Both the position numbers and the translations under genes were made by a program. 62,177 nucleotides of DNA. Origin: Armatimonadota bacterium (GTDB taxonomy: Bacteria > Armatimonadota > SYMT01). The notes below the pieces were generated by a model. It saw nothing but the letters and a program-made list of their open reading frames with translations. It searched no databases and was not told the origin of the DNA. The DNA lies in assembly GCA_046292385.1 (NCBI GenBank), contig JBKBRF010000027.1:1-62177 (forward strand), given 5' to 3'. Position 1 is the stretch's first letter. The number at the start of each line of letters is the position of its first letter. This document shows, one piece after another, positions 50,535-59,642 of this stretch.

Positions 50535-50584
50535 AAAGAGCGGGCGAGTGGGCTCCGGAATGCCGGTCCACTCGCCCGCTTTTG
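50535..50584. terminator. Bidirectional terminator between STAS and sigma genes
   Basis: agcgggcgagtgg / ccactcgcccgct stem flanked by A and T runs. Confidence 0.8.
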
Positions 50585-50613
50585 ATTTTCTGACCCTTCG
50601 CTTCCGCTCGGGA

Positions 50614-51438
50614 CTAGGCGAGCATCGCCTTCAGCCGCTTCAGCGCCTGCCGCTCCAGGCGGGAGACGTGCATCTGCGAGATGCCGAGACGCCGGGCCAC
50701 CTCCGCCTGGGACGCCTCTTCGAAGAACCGGTAGTAGATGATCGACCGCTGCCGCTGATCGAGGCGGTCCAGCGCCCGCCGCAGCGTCTCCCGCTCCTCG
50801 ATGGCGGAAAGCTCCGGATCGGAGCGCCCGATCGCCTCCCAGAAGGATGACTTGTCGTCGCCGTGCTCGTCCTGCAGATGCGCGTCGAGCGAGGCCGGCT
50901 GGTAGATCCGGTCGAGGTCCATCGCCTGCAGGAGGCGCTCCTCACTCACTCCCGCGGCCCGCGCCATCTCCTCCACGGTGGGGGGCCGGCCGAGGTTCTG
51001 CTCGAGCTGCTCCCGGAGCTTGCGCAGGCTCAGGCCCAGCTCCCGGAGGCGGCGCGGCGCCTTGAGGCCCCACGTCTGGTCCCGGAAGTAGCGCTTGATC
51101 TCGCCCAGGATCGTCGGCACCGCGAAGGTGACGAAGCTGACCCCCTTGTCCGGATCGAACCGGTCGATGGCGGCGATCAGGCCGACGTAGCCAACCTGGA
51201 CCAGGTCGTCCTGGGAAGTGCTTGCGCCGGCGCCGAAGCGGCTGGCGAGGTAACGGACCATTCGCTCGTGGAGCACGACGAGTCGATCCCGGATCGCGAT
51301 GTCTCGCGTGCGGGCGTACTCGCGCAGCAGCTCCTGGGGATCGTCGCTCAATGCGCGTCGGGGACTTTCGGACATGGAGGTCACTACGCCGGCTTTGCTC
51401 ATGCGGGCATCGACGGCGAGAGGAACGCTTTCAGCCAT
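50614..51438 (-). CDS. RNA polymerase sigma factor, SigB/SigF/SigG family
   Basis: DDLVQVGYVGLIAAIDRFDP, FAVPTILGEIKRYFRD, SQAEVARRLGISQMHVSRL; start may be 51438, 51402 or 51375. Confidence 0.95.
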   Translation of the reverse strand: MAESVPLAVDARMSKAGVVTSMSESPRRALSDDPQELLREYARTRDIAIRDRLVVLHERMVRYLASRFGAGASTSQDDLVQVGYVGLIAAIDRFDPDKGVSFVTFAVPTILGEIKRYFRDQTWGLKAPRRLRELGLSLRKLREQLEQNLGRPPTVEEMARAAGVSEERLLQAMDLDRIYQPASLDAHLQDEHGDDKSSFWEAIGRSDPELSAIEERETLRRALDRLDQRQRSIIYYRFFEEASQAEVARRLGISQMHVSRLERQALKRLKAMLA

Positions 51439-51644
51439 TAGTTAGATACTGCCTATCCGCCGCGGAGTACGACATCCTCTTCCGCAAATGGACCACGGCG
51501 CTGTTCCACGAGTCCGCTTGATAATCCTGCCGCCAGGCCTGGCGGCGCCGGACGGTGGTCACGTAAACCCTATATCCTCTATACGGGCTCCGGGGCAAGC
51601 ATCGTTCGCCGGGGCCTCCAAATCACCGCGGGGGAGAAACGCAC

Positions 51645-52013
51645 TTGAGTGACCGCATCCGGATCGAGGGGATCGAGCTGCACGGGTTCCACGGCGTGCC
51701 GGCCGCCGAGCGGGAAGTGGGGCACCGGTACCGGGTGGACGTCACCTTCGAGCTGGACCTCCGGGCCGCCGGGGAGACGGACGACTTCACCCGGACGGTC
51801 GACTACGCCGCCGCCGCCGCCGCCGTGATCGAGGAGGGCACCGGCCCCTCCGTGCAGCTCGTGGAGGCGCTGGCGCACCGCATGGCGCAGCGGCTCCTCG
51901 CGGACTTTCCACTCGTGGGCGCGGTGGAGCTGAGGGTCGCCAAGCTCAAGCCGCCCACGCCGGTGCTCTTTGAGGCCGGCGTGGTAGAGATCCGCCGCCG
52001 CAGGCGGCAGTAG
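51645..52013 (+). CDS. folB: Dihydroneopterin aldolase
   Basis: DRIRIEGIELHGFHGV..AEREVG, DDFTRTVDY, LVEALA, VAKLKPP. Confidence 0.93.
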   Translation: MSDRIRIEGIELHGFHGVPAAEREVGHRYRVDVTFELDLRAAGETDDFTRTVDYAAAAAAVIEEGTGPSVQLVEALAHRMAQRLLADFPLVGAVELRVAKLKPPTPVLFEAGVVEIRRRRRQ

Positions 52014-52237
52014 CAGAGCCTGCCTCGGGCTGCCAGGGTCTACGGAAACGGCGCGCCGGCCCTCGAGCTGGCGCGCCGCTTCCGCGCGCCGCCAGGCGTA
52101 CGGGTGCTCCACTCCGCGCCGACTGAAAGCCGCGGCGATCCTTCCCCGGGGAGCGAGCTGCGAGGCGCCTGTGTACCACCGTAGCTCACCCCTGCCCGGG
52201 CGCCGTCCCGGAGAACACCCGTCTATCAGCCCGGGGA

Positions 52238-52264
52238 GGTTTGGCCCGTTTCCTCTCCGGGTAA
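52238..52264 (+). promoter_or_regulatory. Candidate SigB/SigF-type promoter (GGTTT-N16-GGGTAA)
   Basis: Consensus-like, upstream of the PqqD fusion gene. Confidence 0.45.
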
Positions 52265-52431
52265 CACCCACCGATCTCCGTTTCCGAGGCAACACTGCAA
52301 GGTGGGATCGGGATACCCCTGCCTTTACCGGTCCCATTCGACGCTCCGGAAGGAGCGGTTGCCAATTACCGGCGAGTACTCGCTCGCCGTTCCGTCCCGC
52401 GGTAATCCCGTGGTCATGTGGAGGGTGCACG

Positions 52432-53088
52432 ATGAGCTACCAAGCACGAACGGACCGGTTGATCAGCGCGACCCTGGGGGATGAGGTCTTGTTCTATGAC
52501 CTGCGTCGGCATCGGGCGCATCGCCTCAACCGCACGGCGGCGCTGGTGTGGAAGCTGTGCGATGGAAACACTTCCGTTGAGGAGATCGCGGCGGGGCTCG
52601 AGCGCGAGCTCGGCACGGCGGTGCCGGGTGGGGTGGTGCAGGACGCGCTGGCGGAGCTTCGCGAGGCGGAGCTGCTGGACGACTCCGGCTTCCCGGATGA
52701 TGCCTCGGCGTCAGCCTCTCGGCGGGAGCTCTCGCGTAGGGCCCATCTTACGGGAGCGCTGGCCGTCCTCGTGCCGTCGGTGATCTCGATCACCGCCCCC
52801 ACCGCCGCGCAAGCGGCTTCGGGCGGCCCGAAGAAGCCTGGCAAGAAAGGCAAACACAAGCCCCGAAACCGGGGGGACGAGGGAAACGACGGGCTCGATG
52901 GGGGCGACATTGCCGCGGCCGGCGTTCCTCTCGCCGCTGGGGCGTACGGCTACTCCCGGCGCCGGCGCCGGCCGGGGGAGCGCCTGCCACGCTGCTACGC
53001 TCCGTCTTACCTGGGAGCCGAGCCGACCTGTCAGCGCGGCCCCGGCTGCCGGACGTGTCGCGATTACCAGGTGGCGCGGCGGAGGTAA
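52432..53088 (+). CDS. PqqD/RRE domain fused to a Tat-like leader, Gly/Lys-rich linker, hydrophobic segment and Cys-rich tail
   Basis: GGAGGG RBS; LGDEVLFYD...HRLNRTAALVWKLCDG..SVEEIA...L.EL...LL is PqqD-like; then SRRELSRR...APTAAQAAS. Confidence 0.8.
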   Translation: MSYQARTDRLISATLGDEVLFYDLRRHRAHRLNRTAALVWKLCDGNTSVEEIAAGLERELGTAVPGGVVQDALAELREAELLDDSGFPDDASASASRRELSRRAHLTGALAVLVPSVISITAPTAAQAASGGPKKPGKKGKHKPRNRGDEGNDGLDGGDIAAAGVPLAAGAYGYSRRRRRPGERLPRCYAPSYLGAEPTCQRGPGCRTCRDYQVARRR

Positions 53089-53281
53089 GAACGTCCGGAG
53101 CCCACGGAACCGGAGCTCCCGGTGGCGGAGAGGGGTTGACCCCACCGGGAGACCGTGACGTGAAGCCCGGGGCGCGGGGTACCCGAAGCCCGTTTGCGGA
53201 TGCTCTCGCACGTGTCTCGAATCCGCGCTCCGGGCCATGTGGACGGTGCAGGCAGCCAGGAGGCCCGTACCCCCCGAAGCC

Positions 53282-53536
53282 CTAACTCCCCGGGCGACCG
53301 TCGAGCCAGTGGGGCTTGCCCTTCATCCGGCTCAGCAGGGAGCCCGGCACCTCATGGGCCGTGTACTCCGCGATGCCGTGCTCTCGGGCGTAGGCGTCGG
53401 CGTTCTCTCGCGAGGTGAAGAAGAGCGGTCCGCTGCTGCGGGGATCGGTCCCACCGCCGCGGAACGCCTCTCGCGTCTCCGGATCCACGATCATCCACAG
53501 GCTCTCTGGCTCGGCCACGCTCGATCCCCCTGTCAC
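53282..53536 (-). CDS. Small hypothetical protein
   Basis: Globular-looking 84-aa ORF (PLFFTSRENADAYA) filling the gap; start uncertain. Confidence 0.5.
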   Translation of the reverse strand: MTGGSSVAEPESLWMIVDPETREAFRGGGTDPRSSGPLFFTSRENADAYAREHGIAEYTAHEVPGSLLSRMKGKPHWLDGRPGS

Positions 53537-53561
53537 CTTTCACGGTCCCGACGCGGCGGCG

Positions 53562-53590
53562 TGGACACTTTGCCCACCGCGCGGTAGACT
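53562..53590 (+). promoter_or_regulatory. Sigma70 promoter TGGACA-N17-TAGACT for perR-ahpC
   Basis: Near-consensus -35/-10 with 17-bp spacer. Confidence 0.7.
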
Positions 53591-53599
53591 GGCAGTAGA

Positions 53600-53614
53600 T
53601 TAGAATCGTTATTA
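53600..53614 (+). promoter_or_regulatory. Putative Per/Fur box (TTAGAATCGTTATTA)
   Basis: 11/14 match to TTATAATnATTATAA; AT-rich island just downstream of the promoter. Confidence 0.6.
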
Positions 53615-53629
53615 TTCTGGAAACGATCC

Positions 53630-54073
53630 ATGCTGGCTCTGGAGCGCCTGATCGACGACTGCCGCGCCCGCGGCATCAAAGTCACCCCGCAGCGCACCGC
53701 GATCTTCGAGGCGCTGCTACGGCATCCCGGGCACCCGTCTGCGGACGAGGTGTACCAGGAGGTGCTCCAGCGCTACCCCATGCTATCGTTCGCCACCGTC
53801 TACAACACGCTCCAGCTCCTCACGGAGATGGGGCAGGTGCGGGAAGTGATCGTGGATGAGCTGCGGCGACGGTACGATCTGAACGCCGCCCCGCACCAGC
53901 ACGCGGTCTGCCGCCTCTGCCACCGGATCGAAGATGTGCCGATCCGCGCCGAGGACGCGCTCCGCCCCGCCGCGCGGTCGGCGCTGCAAGACTGCGGCTT
54001 CCAGCTCGAGACCGCGACGGTTCAGTTCATCGGTTTGTGTGGTTCGTGCGCGCGCTCGGAGGCGACGGACTAG
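53630..54073 (+). CDS. perR: Fur family regulator, PerR-like
   Basis: KVTPQR, HPSADEVY, SFATVYNTL, HQHAVCRLC, GLCGSC; adjacent to ahpC. Confidence 0.8.
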   Translation: MLALERLIDDCRARGIKVTPQRTAIFEALLRHPGHPSADEVYQEVLQRYPMLSFATVYNTLQLLTEMGQVREVIVDELRRRYDLNAAPHQHAVCRLCHRIEDVPIRAEDALRPAARSALQDCGFQLETATVQFIGLCGSCARSEATD

Positions 54074-54134
54074 TCTACCCCCGGGCGCAGTCAGTTCACG
54101 CCGCGGCGAACAGCCGCCAGAGGAGAGACACGTA

Positions 54135-54731
54135 ATGGGCGTACTGGTCGGAAAGCCGGCACCGGATTTCAGCGTCACCGCCGTGCAGAACGGCGAGATC
54201 CTGGAGGACTTCACGCTCTCGCAGTTCCGCGGGAAGAAGTACGTGGTCCTGTTCTTCTATCCGCTCGACTTCACGTTCGTCTGTCCCACGGAGCTCCACC
54301 AGTTCCAGGCCAAGCTGCAGGAGTTCGAAGCGCTCGACGCGCAGGTGATCGGCGGCTCCACCGATAGCTGGTTCTCCCACCTCGCCTGGCTGCAGACGCC
54401 CAAGAAGCAGGGCGGCATCCAGGGGGTGACGTACCCGATCATCAGCGACTTCAACAAGACCGTGGCGCAGGACTACGACATCCTGCTCCCCGGCGGCATG
54501 GCGCTGCGCGGCACCTTCATCATCGACCGGGAGGGGATCGTCCAGAGCCAGATCGTGAACAACCTGCCGCTCGGCCGGAGCGTGGACGAGACACTGCGCA
54601 CGCTGCGGGCGCTGCGCTTCTGCGAGGAGCACGGCGAGGTCTGCCCCGCCAACTGGACTCCGGAAGCGCAGGGGATGAAGCCGGACGCCGAGGGGCTGCG
54701 GACCTACTTCGGCGGCCAGGACGAAGAGTAG
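54135..54731 (+). CDS. ahpC: 2-Cys peroxiredoxin
   Basis: FFYPLDFTFVCPTE, GRSVDETLR, GEVCPANW. Confidence 0.95.
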   Translation: MGVLVGKPAPDFSVTAVQNGEILEDFTLSQFRGKKYVVLFFYPLDFTFVCPTELHQFQAKLQEFEALDAQVIGGSTDSWFSHLAWLQTPKKQGGIQGVTYPIISDFNKTVAQDYDILLPGGMALRGTFIIDREGIVQSQIVNNLPLGRSVDETLRTLRALRFCEEHGEVCPANWTPEAQGMKPDAEGLRTYFGGQDEE

Positions 54732-54845
54732 CGCCGATCCGGATAGGCACCAACGCTTCCGAGCGGGCTGGAGCAGACTCCGCACCTGCCGATAATCCGG
54801 GAGGCCTCGGCGGGTGCGGAGTCGAACCGTCTCGAGCGATGGCAT

Positions 54846-54880
54846 AAAAAAATGGTCCCGGTGCCACCACCGGGACCCAT
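54846..54880 (-). terminator. Hairpin with poly-U tail on the minus strand
   Basis: ggtcccggtg-ccac-caccgggacc preceded by A7 on the plus strand. Confidence 0.6.
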
Positions 54881-55023
54881 CGCCATGTGCCCTGCCTGTC
54901 AGCGTCCGCGCTCGCCTCTCGGTTCGCGCATCAACGCCCTTCCGGTGCGCCTTACCCGTGCGCGCCCGGTGCGTAAACGCGTGGGGGTGGGCGGCGGCGC
55001 GGCGCGCCCGTGAAGGAGCAGTT

Positions 55024-56598
55024 ATGGACACGCCTTTTCCCACTCGCGCACGGCGCGGCCTCGGCCTCACCCTGGCGGCCTCGGCCATGCTGGTCCTGGC
55101 CGGACCGCAGAGCCTGAGCGCCGCCCCCGCAAAGTCGCGGTCCGCCGCCAAGGCGCCGGCCCCCGCCGCGGATCCGTTCACCCGGGGGAAAGAGCTGTTC
55201 AAGCAGGGGAAGCTGGCCGATGCCCTGGCCGCCTTCCAGGAAGCGGAGAAGAAGAGCCCGAAGGACGCGGTGGTCCAGTCGTGGCTCGGGTTCGTCCACT
55301 TCAAGCTGCGCCGGCATGACGAGGCGATCCAGCACCTCCGCGCCTCGCTGGAGCTGAGCCCCAACGATCCGGACACCTACAACAACCTCGGCAACGCTTA
55401 CCTGGCGAAAGGGGAGGTGGAGCCGGCGATCGCCGCCTACCAGCAGGCGGTGGAGAAGGTGAAGGACCGTCCCGGGGGCCAGTCGGATTTCCACTACAAC
55501 CTCGGAAACGCCCTGGTGAAGAAGGGCGACCTGGATGCGGCGCTCGCCTCGTTCCAGGAAGCGGAGCGGCAGGCTCCGAAGGACGCCCTGGTACAGAACA
55601 ACCTCGGCTACGTCTACGAGCGGAAGTATGCGGCGCTGCCGGACCCGAAGATGCTGGAGAAGGCCGTAGCCCACTACCGGAAGGCGACCGAGCTGGCGCC
55701 GAAGAGTGCGGTCTTCTACCGGAACCTCGGCCTGGCAGCCCGGCGCCAGGAGGGCGGGGCCGCGGAAGCGGTGACGGCGCTGACCCGGGCCGTCGAGCTC
55801 GACGCGCGCGACTTCAGCAGCCACCTGGCGCTGGCGGAGGAGCACCAGGCGGCGGGGAAGACGGCGGAGGCGATCGCCTCCTACCGCTCCGCGATCGGGC
55901 TGCGCCCGAACGAGTTCGTCCCCCGCTACAACCTGGGGCTGCTCTACGCCCGCCAGGCCGCCCAGACCGGGAACAACACCCAGCGGCTGCGCCACTACAA
56001 CTCCTCGCTGGTGGAGCTTCAGCAGGCGGTCAAGATCGAGCCGAAGGATCCCCGCGCCCTGAGCGCCATGGGCTACGTCTGCTTCAAGGCGGGCAAGACA
56101 AAGGACGCGGCGGAGTGGTACCGGAAAGCGCTGGAGGTGGCGCCGGACTCGCAGGCGGCCCACGCCAACCTGGGGTTGGTGCTGGAGCGGCTCGCCAACC
56201 CGGAAGGCGCCATCCGGCACTGGCGTGAAGCGGTGCGCCTGGACCCGGCCGACGCGGAGACCCGTGTGCTCCTCGCCTCCGCCTACCTCTCGCAGGGGAT
56301 GCACGAAGAGGCGGTGGCCGAGTACCGCGAGGTGCTGAAGCTGAAGCAGGACGGCAGCGTCTACAACAACCTCGGCTTCGCGCTGGAGAAGCTAAGCCGG
56401 ACCGACGAGGCGATCGCCGCCTACAAGCAGGCGGTGGAAGCCAATCCGAAGCTGGCCGTCGCGCACAACAATCTCGGCGCCTGCTACGCCCGCCAGGGGC
56501 AGAAGGATCTCGCCCGGCAGCACTACCAGAAGGCGCTGGAGATCGACCCCAAGTTCGCCGACGCCAAGAAGAACCTGGACCGCCTCGGCGGGAGCTAG
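55024..56598 (+). CDS. Secreted multi-TPR protein
   Basis: AAGGAG RBS, signal peptide, many canonical TPRs (YNNLGNAY, AHNNLGACY). Confidence 0.92.
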   Translation: MDTPFPTRARRGLGLTLAASAMLVLAGPQSLSAAPAKSRSAAKAPAPAADPFTRGKELFKQGKLADALAAFQEAEKKSPKDAVVQSWLGFVHFKLRRHDEAIQHLRASLELSPNDPDTYNNLGNAYLAKGEVEPAIAAYQQAVEKVKDRPGGQSDFHYNLGNALVKKGDLDAALASFQEAERQAPKDALVQNNLGYVYERKYAALPDPKMLEKAVAHYRKATELAPKSAVFYRNLGLAARRQEGGAAEAVTALTRAVELDARDFSSHLALAEEHQAAGKTAEAIASYRSAIGLRPNEFVPRYNLGLLYARQAAQTGNNTQRLRHYNSSLVELQQAVKIEPKDPRALSAMGYVCFKAGKTKDAAEWYRKALEVAPDSQAAHANLGLVLERLANPEGAIRHWREAVRLDPADAETRVLLASAYLSQGMHEEAVAEYREVLKLKQDGSVYNNLGFALEKLSRTDEAIAAYKQAVEANPKLAVAHNNLGACYARQGQKDLARQHYQKALEIDPKFADAKKNLDRLGGS

Positions 56599-56604
56599 AC
56601 GATC

Positions 56605-56698
56605 CAGGTTGCAGGTTGGCAGGTTCCAGGTTTCAGGTTCCCGAGCCCCGGAAACCGGATAACCTGCAACCTGCTAACCTGAAACCTGCAAACCTGCA
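56605..56698. repeat. Heptamer-based inverted array: 5x CAGGTT...5x AACCTG
   Basis: Directly visible; long imperfect hairpin right after the TPR stop. Confidence 0.85.
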
Positions 56699-56810
56699 GC
56701 AGCCCGACGCTGCATCCCCCCGGGCGTCCGGGGTAGACTGACACTCGGTTGGAGTGCGGGGCGCCTGGTGGTCGGGCGCCCCTTCACCGTCTGGAGACTA
56801 GAGGACCTTC

Positions 56811-57683
56811 GTGCCGACCTTCGGGATCATCGCCAACGCGCAGCGCGACCCTGCCGTCGCCTGTGCCCGGGAGCTGTTCGAGTGCCTTTCGGCCGCGGGC
56901 GTAGCGGTGCGCTTCCATCCCGATCTCGCCGGCCGGGGCGGGCCGCCGTCGAGCGCTGCCACGGAAGAGGAGGTGGCGCAGTCCGACGTGATCCTGGCCC
57001 TCGGCGGTGACGGCACGCTGCTGGCGGCCCACCGGGTGGCGGCTCGCCACGGCACTCCGATCCTGGGGATCCACCTCGGCGGTCCGGCCAGCTTCGGCTT
57101 CCTGACCGAGATGCCGCCGGAGAATGCCTGTGCCGCGGCGCTGGCGGTGGCGGAGGGACGCTATCGGGTGGAGGAGCGCCTGATGGTCAGCGCGGAGGTG
57201 GTGCGAGGCGGGGAGCCGGTCCACCGTCACGACGCGCTCAATGACATCGTCCTGCGCGCGCAGGCGCGGATGCTGAAGATGCGCGTGACGGTGAACGAAA
57301 CCTACATCGCCACCTACGCGGCGGACGGGATCATCGTGGCCACCCCCACCGGCTCGACCGCCTACAACCTGGCCGCAGGTGGGCCGCTCGTGTTCCCCGG
57401 GGTCGATACGATCCTCCTGACGCCGATCTGTCCTCACACCCTGAACGTGCGGACGCTCCTGGTGGGAGTAGACGACGTGATCCACGTGCGCGTGGAGTCG
57501 GGGGACCGGGACACGAACCTGCTCACCGCGGACGGGCAGGTCAGCTTTCAGGCCGCCCCGGGAGACGAGATCGCCTTCCGCCGCAGCGCGCTGCGGGCGC
57601 GGTTCATCTCCCTGGACGGCGCCGATTTCTATCAGAAGGTGCAGCGCCGCTACCGCCTCGGAGAGCGGTTCGGGAATTCTTGA
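56811..57683 (+). CDS. nadK: NAD kinase
   Basis: LGGDGTLL, FGFLT, ALND, ADGIIVATPTGSTAYNLAAGGP, PICPHTL, DGQ. Confidence 0.95.
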   Translation: MPTFGIIANAQRDPAVACARELFECLSAAGVAVRFHPDLAGRGGPPSSAATEEEVAQSDVILALGGDGTLLAAHRVAARHGTPILGIHLGGPASFGFLTEMPPENACAAALAVAEGRYRVEERLMVSAEVVRGGEPVHRHDALNDIVLRAQARMLKMRVTVNETYIATYAADGIIVATPTGSTAYNLAAGGPLVFPGVDTILLTPICPHTLNVRTLLVGVDDVIHVRVESGDRDTNLLTADGQVSFQAAPGDEIAFRRSALRARFISLDGADFYQKVQRRYRLGERFGNS

Positions 57684-57740
57684 GGCTTCTCGCGCGGGGC
57701 GTGTCTGCCGCGCGGGGAGGCGGCGCTGCGGCGGACGGGG

Positions 57741-57892
57741 GCGTATTCCGTATCGCGTATTGCGTAGCGAGGTGCTTTTGCCGCTCTCCAGTACGTCGTG
57801 CCGGGCGAGGTGCTTCTGAGCGCTTCGCCCGGCACGACGTCGACGGTAAACGGTAGGGGCCGACCGCTACGCAATACGGAACACGCAATACG
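57741..57892. repeat. Head-to-head pair (copies C and D) of the TACGNAA dispersed repeat, forming a ~150-bp imperfect palindrome
   Basis: cgtattgcgtagcg...cgtcgtgccgggcg / cgcccggcacgacg...cgctacgcaatacg. Confidence 0.85.
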
Positions 57893-57956
57893 ACCCGCTC
57901 CGCTATAATAGCGCCGGAATCGTGCCTCTCCGGCTCTCCATCACCCGTTCTCTCGC

Positions 57957-59642
57957 ATGCTCGCGCAGCTCTCGATCCGCAACTTCGCTCTGATCGACGC
58001 CGTCACCCTGGAGTTCCGGCGCGGCTTCAACGTGCTCACGGGGGAGACCGGCGCGGGGAAGTCGATCCTGATCGACGCGATCACCGCCGCGCTCGGCGAG
58101 CGGGCCGGGGCCGACCTGGTGCGCCGCGGTGCCGACCGTGCTTCCGTGGAGGCGGTCTTCGAGATCGAGGAAGACGCCCTTCCGCTCGTTAGCGAGTGGG
58201 CGGAAGACGGGCTGGTAATCCTCTCTCGTGAGATCAGTGCGAGCGGCCGGTCCAGCTTTCGGATCAACGGTCGGATGTGCACCGCCTCGACGGTGCGGGA
58301 CGTCGCGGCCGACCTGATCGACATCCACGGCCAGCACGACCACCAGTCGCTGCTGAACCCGGAGCGGCACGTGGAGTTCCTCGACGCCTGGAGCGGGCGG
58401 GATGTGGTGGCGCTGCGGCGCACGGCCCAGGAGCGGCTGGCGGAGTACCGCTCCGCCGTCGCGGAGCGGGAGCGCCTGGCGACCGGCGAGCGCGATCGGG
58501 TGCAGCGCCTCGACCTCTACCGTTTTCAGCTCGAAGAGATCGATTCGGCCAAGCTCGACCTCGAGGAGGAAGAGGAGCTGACCGCCGACCGCTCCCGGCT
58601 GGCGAACGCGGAGCGGCTGGCCGCCGGCGCCGGCGCCGCCCGCGGAGCGCTCGACGAGGCGGAGCCCTCCGCACTCGACCTGCTGGCGAGCGCCGCGCGG
58701 GAGGTGGAGACGCTGGCGGAGCTCGACATGCAGGCCGGCGCGATCCGGGAGCTGTTGGAGACGGCGCTTGCCGCCGCCCAGGAAGCCGCCTCGGAGCTGC
58801 GCGGCTACGTCGAGGCGATCGAGTTCAACCCGGAGCGGCTGGCGGAGGTTCAGGAGCGGCTCGACCTCTATCGCTCGTTGAAGCGTAAGTACGGCGATAC
58901 GGTGGAAGAGATACTCAGCTACCGGGAGCGCATCGCCGCGGAGCTGGAGGCGCTGGACCACAGCGAGGAGCGGCAGGAAGAGCTGGCCCGGCAGTGCGCG
59001 GCGCTGGCGGCGCAGGTGGAAGCCGCCACCGGGGCGCTCTACGCCGCCCGCAAGGAAGCGGCGGCCCGCTTCGAGACGGAGATTGCGGGACACCTGGGCC
59101 ACCTGAACATGGCCGGCACGCGCTTCGCCGTCCAGCTCGATCCGCCGGCTTCCCTGGGCGGTCCGGGGGAGCCGTCCGCTGCCGCCGTGCTGGGGCGGGC
59201 GGAGTTCCTGATCTCGGCGAACGCGGGGGAGCCGCTCCGGCCGCTGGCGAAGATCGCCTCCGGCGGCGAGATGTCCCGCGTGATGCTGGCGCTCAAGACC
59301 GCCATGGCCGGGAGCCACCCGGTGGCGCTGATCTTCGACGAGATCGACGCCGGCGTGGGTGGAAAAACCGCAGAGGCGCTCGGCGCCAAGATGGCGGAAC
59401 TAAGTAAGAGTAACCAGGTACTCTGTATCACGCACCTGCCGCAGATCGCCTGCCTGGCCGATCTGCACGTCCGCGTCCGCAAGGGCGTGGAAGGGGAGCG
59501 CACGGTGGTCGACGTCGCTCCGCTGGAGGGAGAGGCCCGGATTGGCGAACTCGCGCGAATGCTCGGTGGGTCTGAAGCAACGGCTGTCCAGCACGCTCGC
59601 GAGCTACTGGCCGCGTCTGCCGGGCCGGGCGTCGCCTGCTGA
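57957..59642 (+). CDS. recN: DNA repair protein RecN
   Basis: LTGETGAGKS, IHGQHDHQ, ASGGEMSR, FDEIDAGVGG, ITHLPQIA; TATAAT at 57904-57909. Confidence 0.97.
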   Translation: MLAQLSIRNFALIDAVTLEFRRGFNVLTGETGAGKSILIDAITAALGERAGADLVRRGADRASVEAVFEIEEDALPLVSEWAEDGLVILSREISASGRSSFRINGRMCTASTVRDVAADLIDIHGQHDHQSLLNPERHVEFLDAWSGRDVVALRRTAQERLAEYRSAVAERERLATGERDRVQRLDLYRFQLEEIDSAKLDLEEEEELTADRSRLANAERLAAGAGAARGALDEAEPSALDLLASAAREVETLAELDMQAGAIRELLETALAAAQEAASELRGYVEAIEFNPERLAEVQERLDLYRSLKRKYGDTVEEILSYRERIAAELEALDHSEERQEELARQCAALAAQVEAATGALYAARKEAAARFETEIAGHLGHLNMAGTRFAVQLDPPASLGGPGEPSAAAVLGRAEFLISANAGEPLRPLAKIASGGEMSRVMLALKTAMAGSHPVALIFDEIDAGVGGKTAEALGAKMAELSKSNQVLCITHLPQIACLADLHVRVRKGVEGERTVVDVAPLEGEARIGELARMLGGSEATAVQHARELLAASAGPGVAC

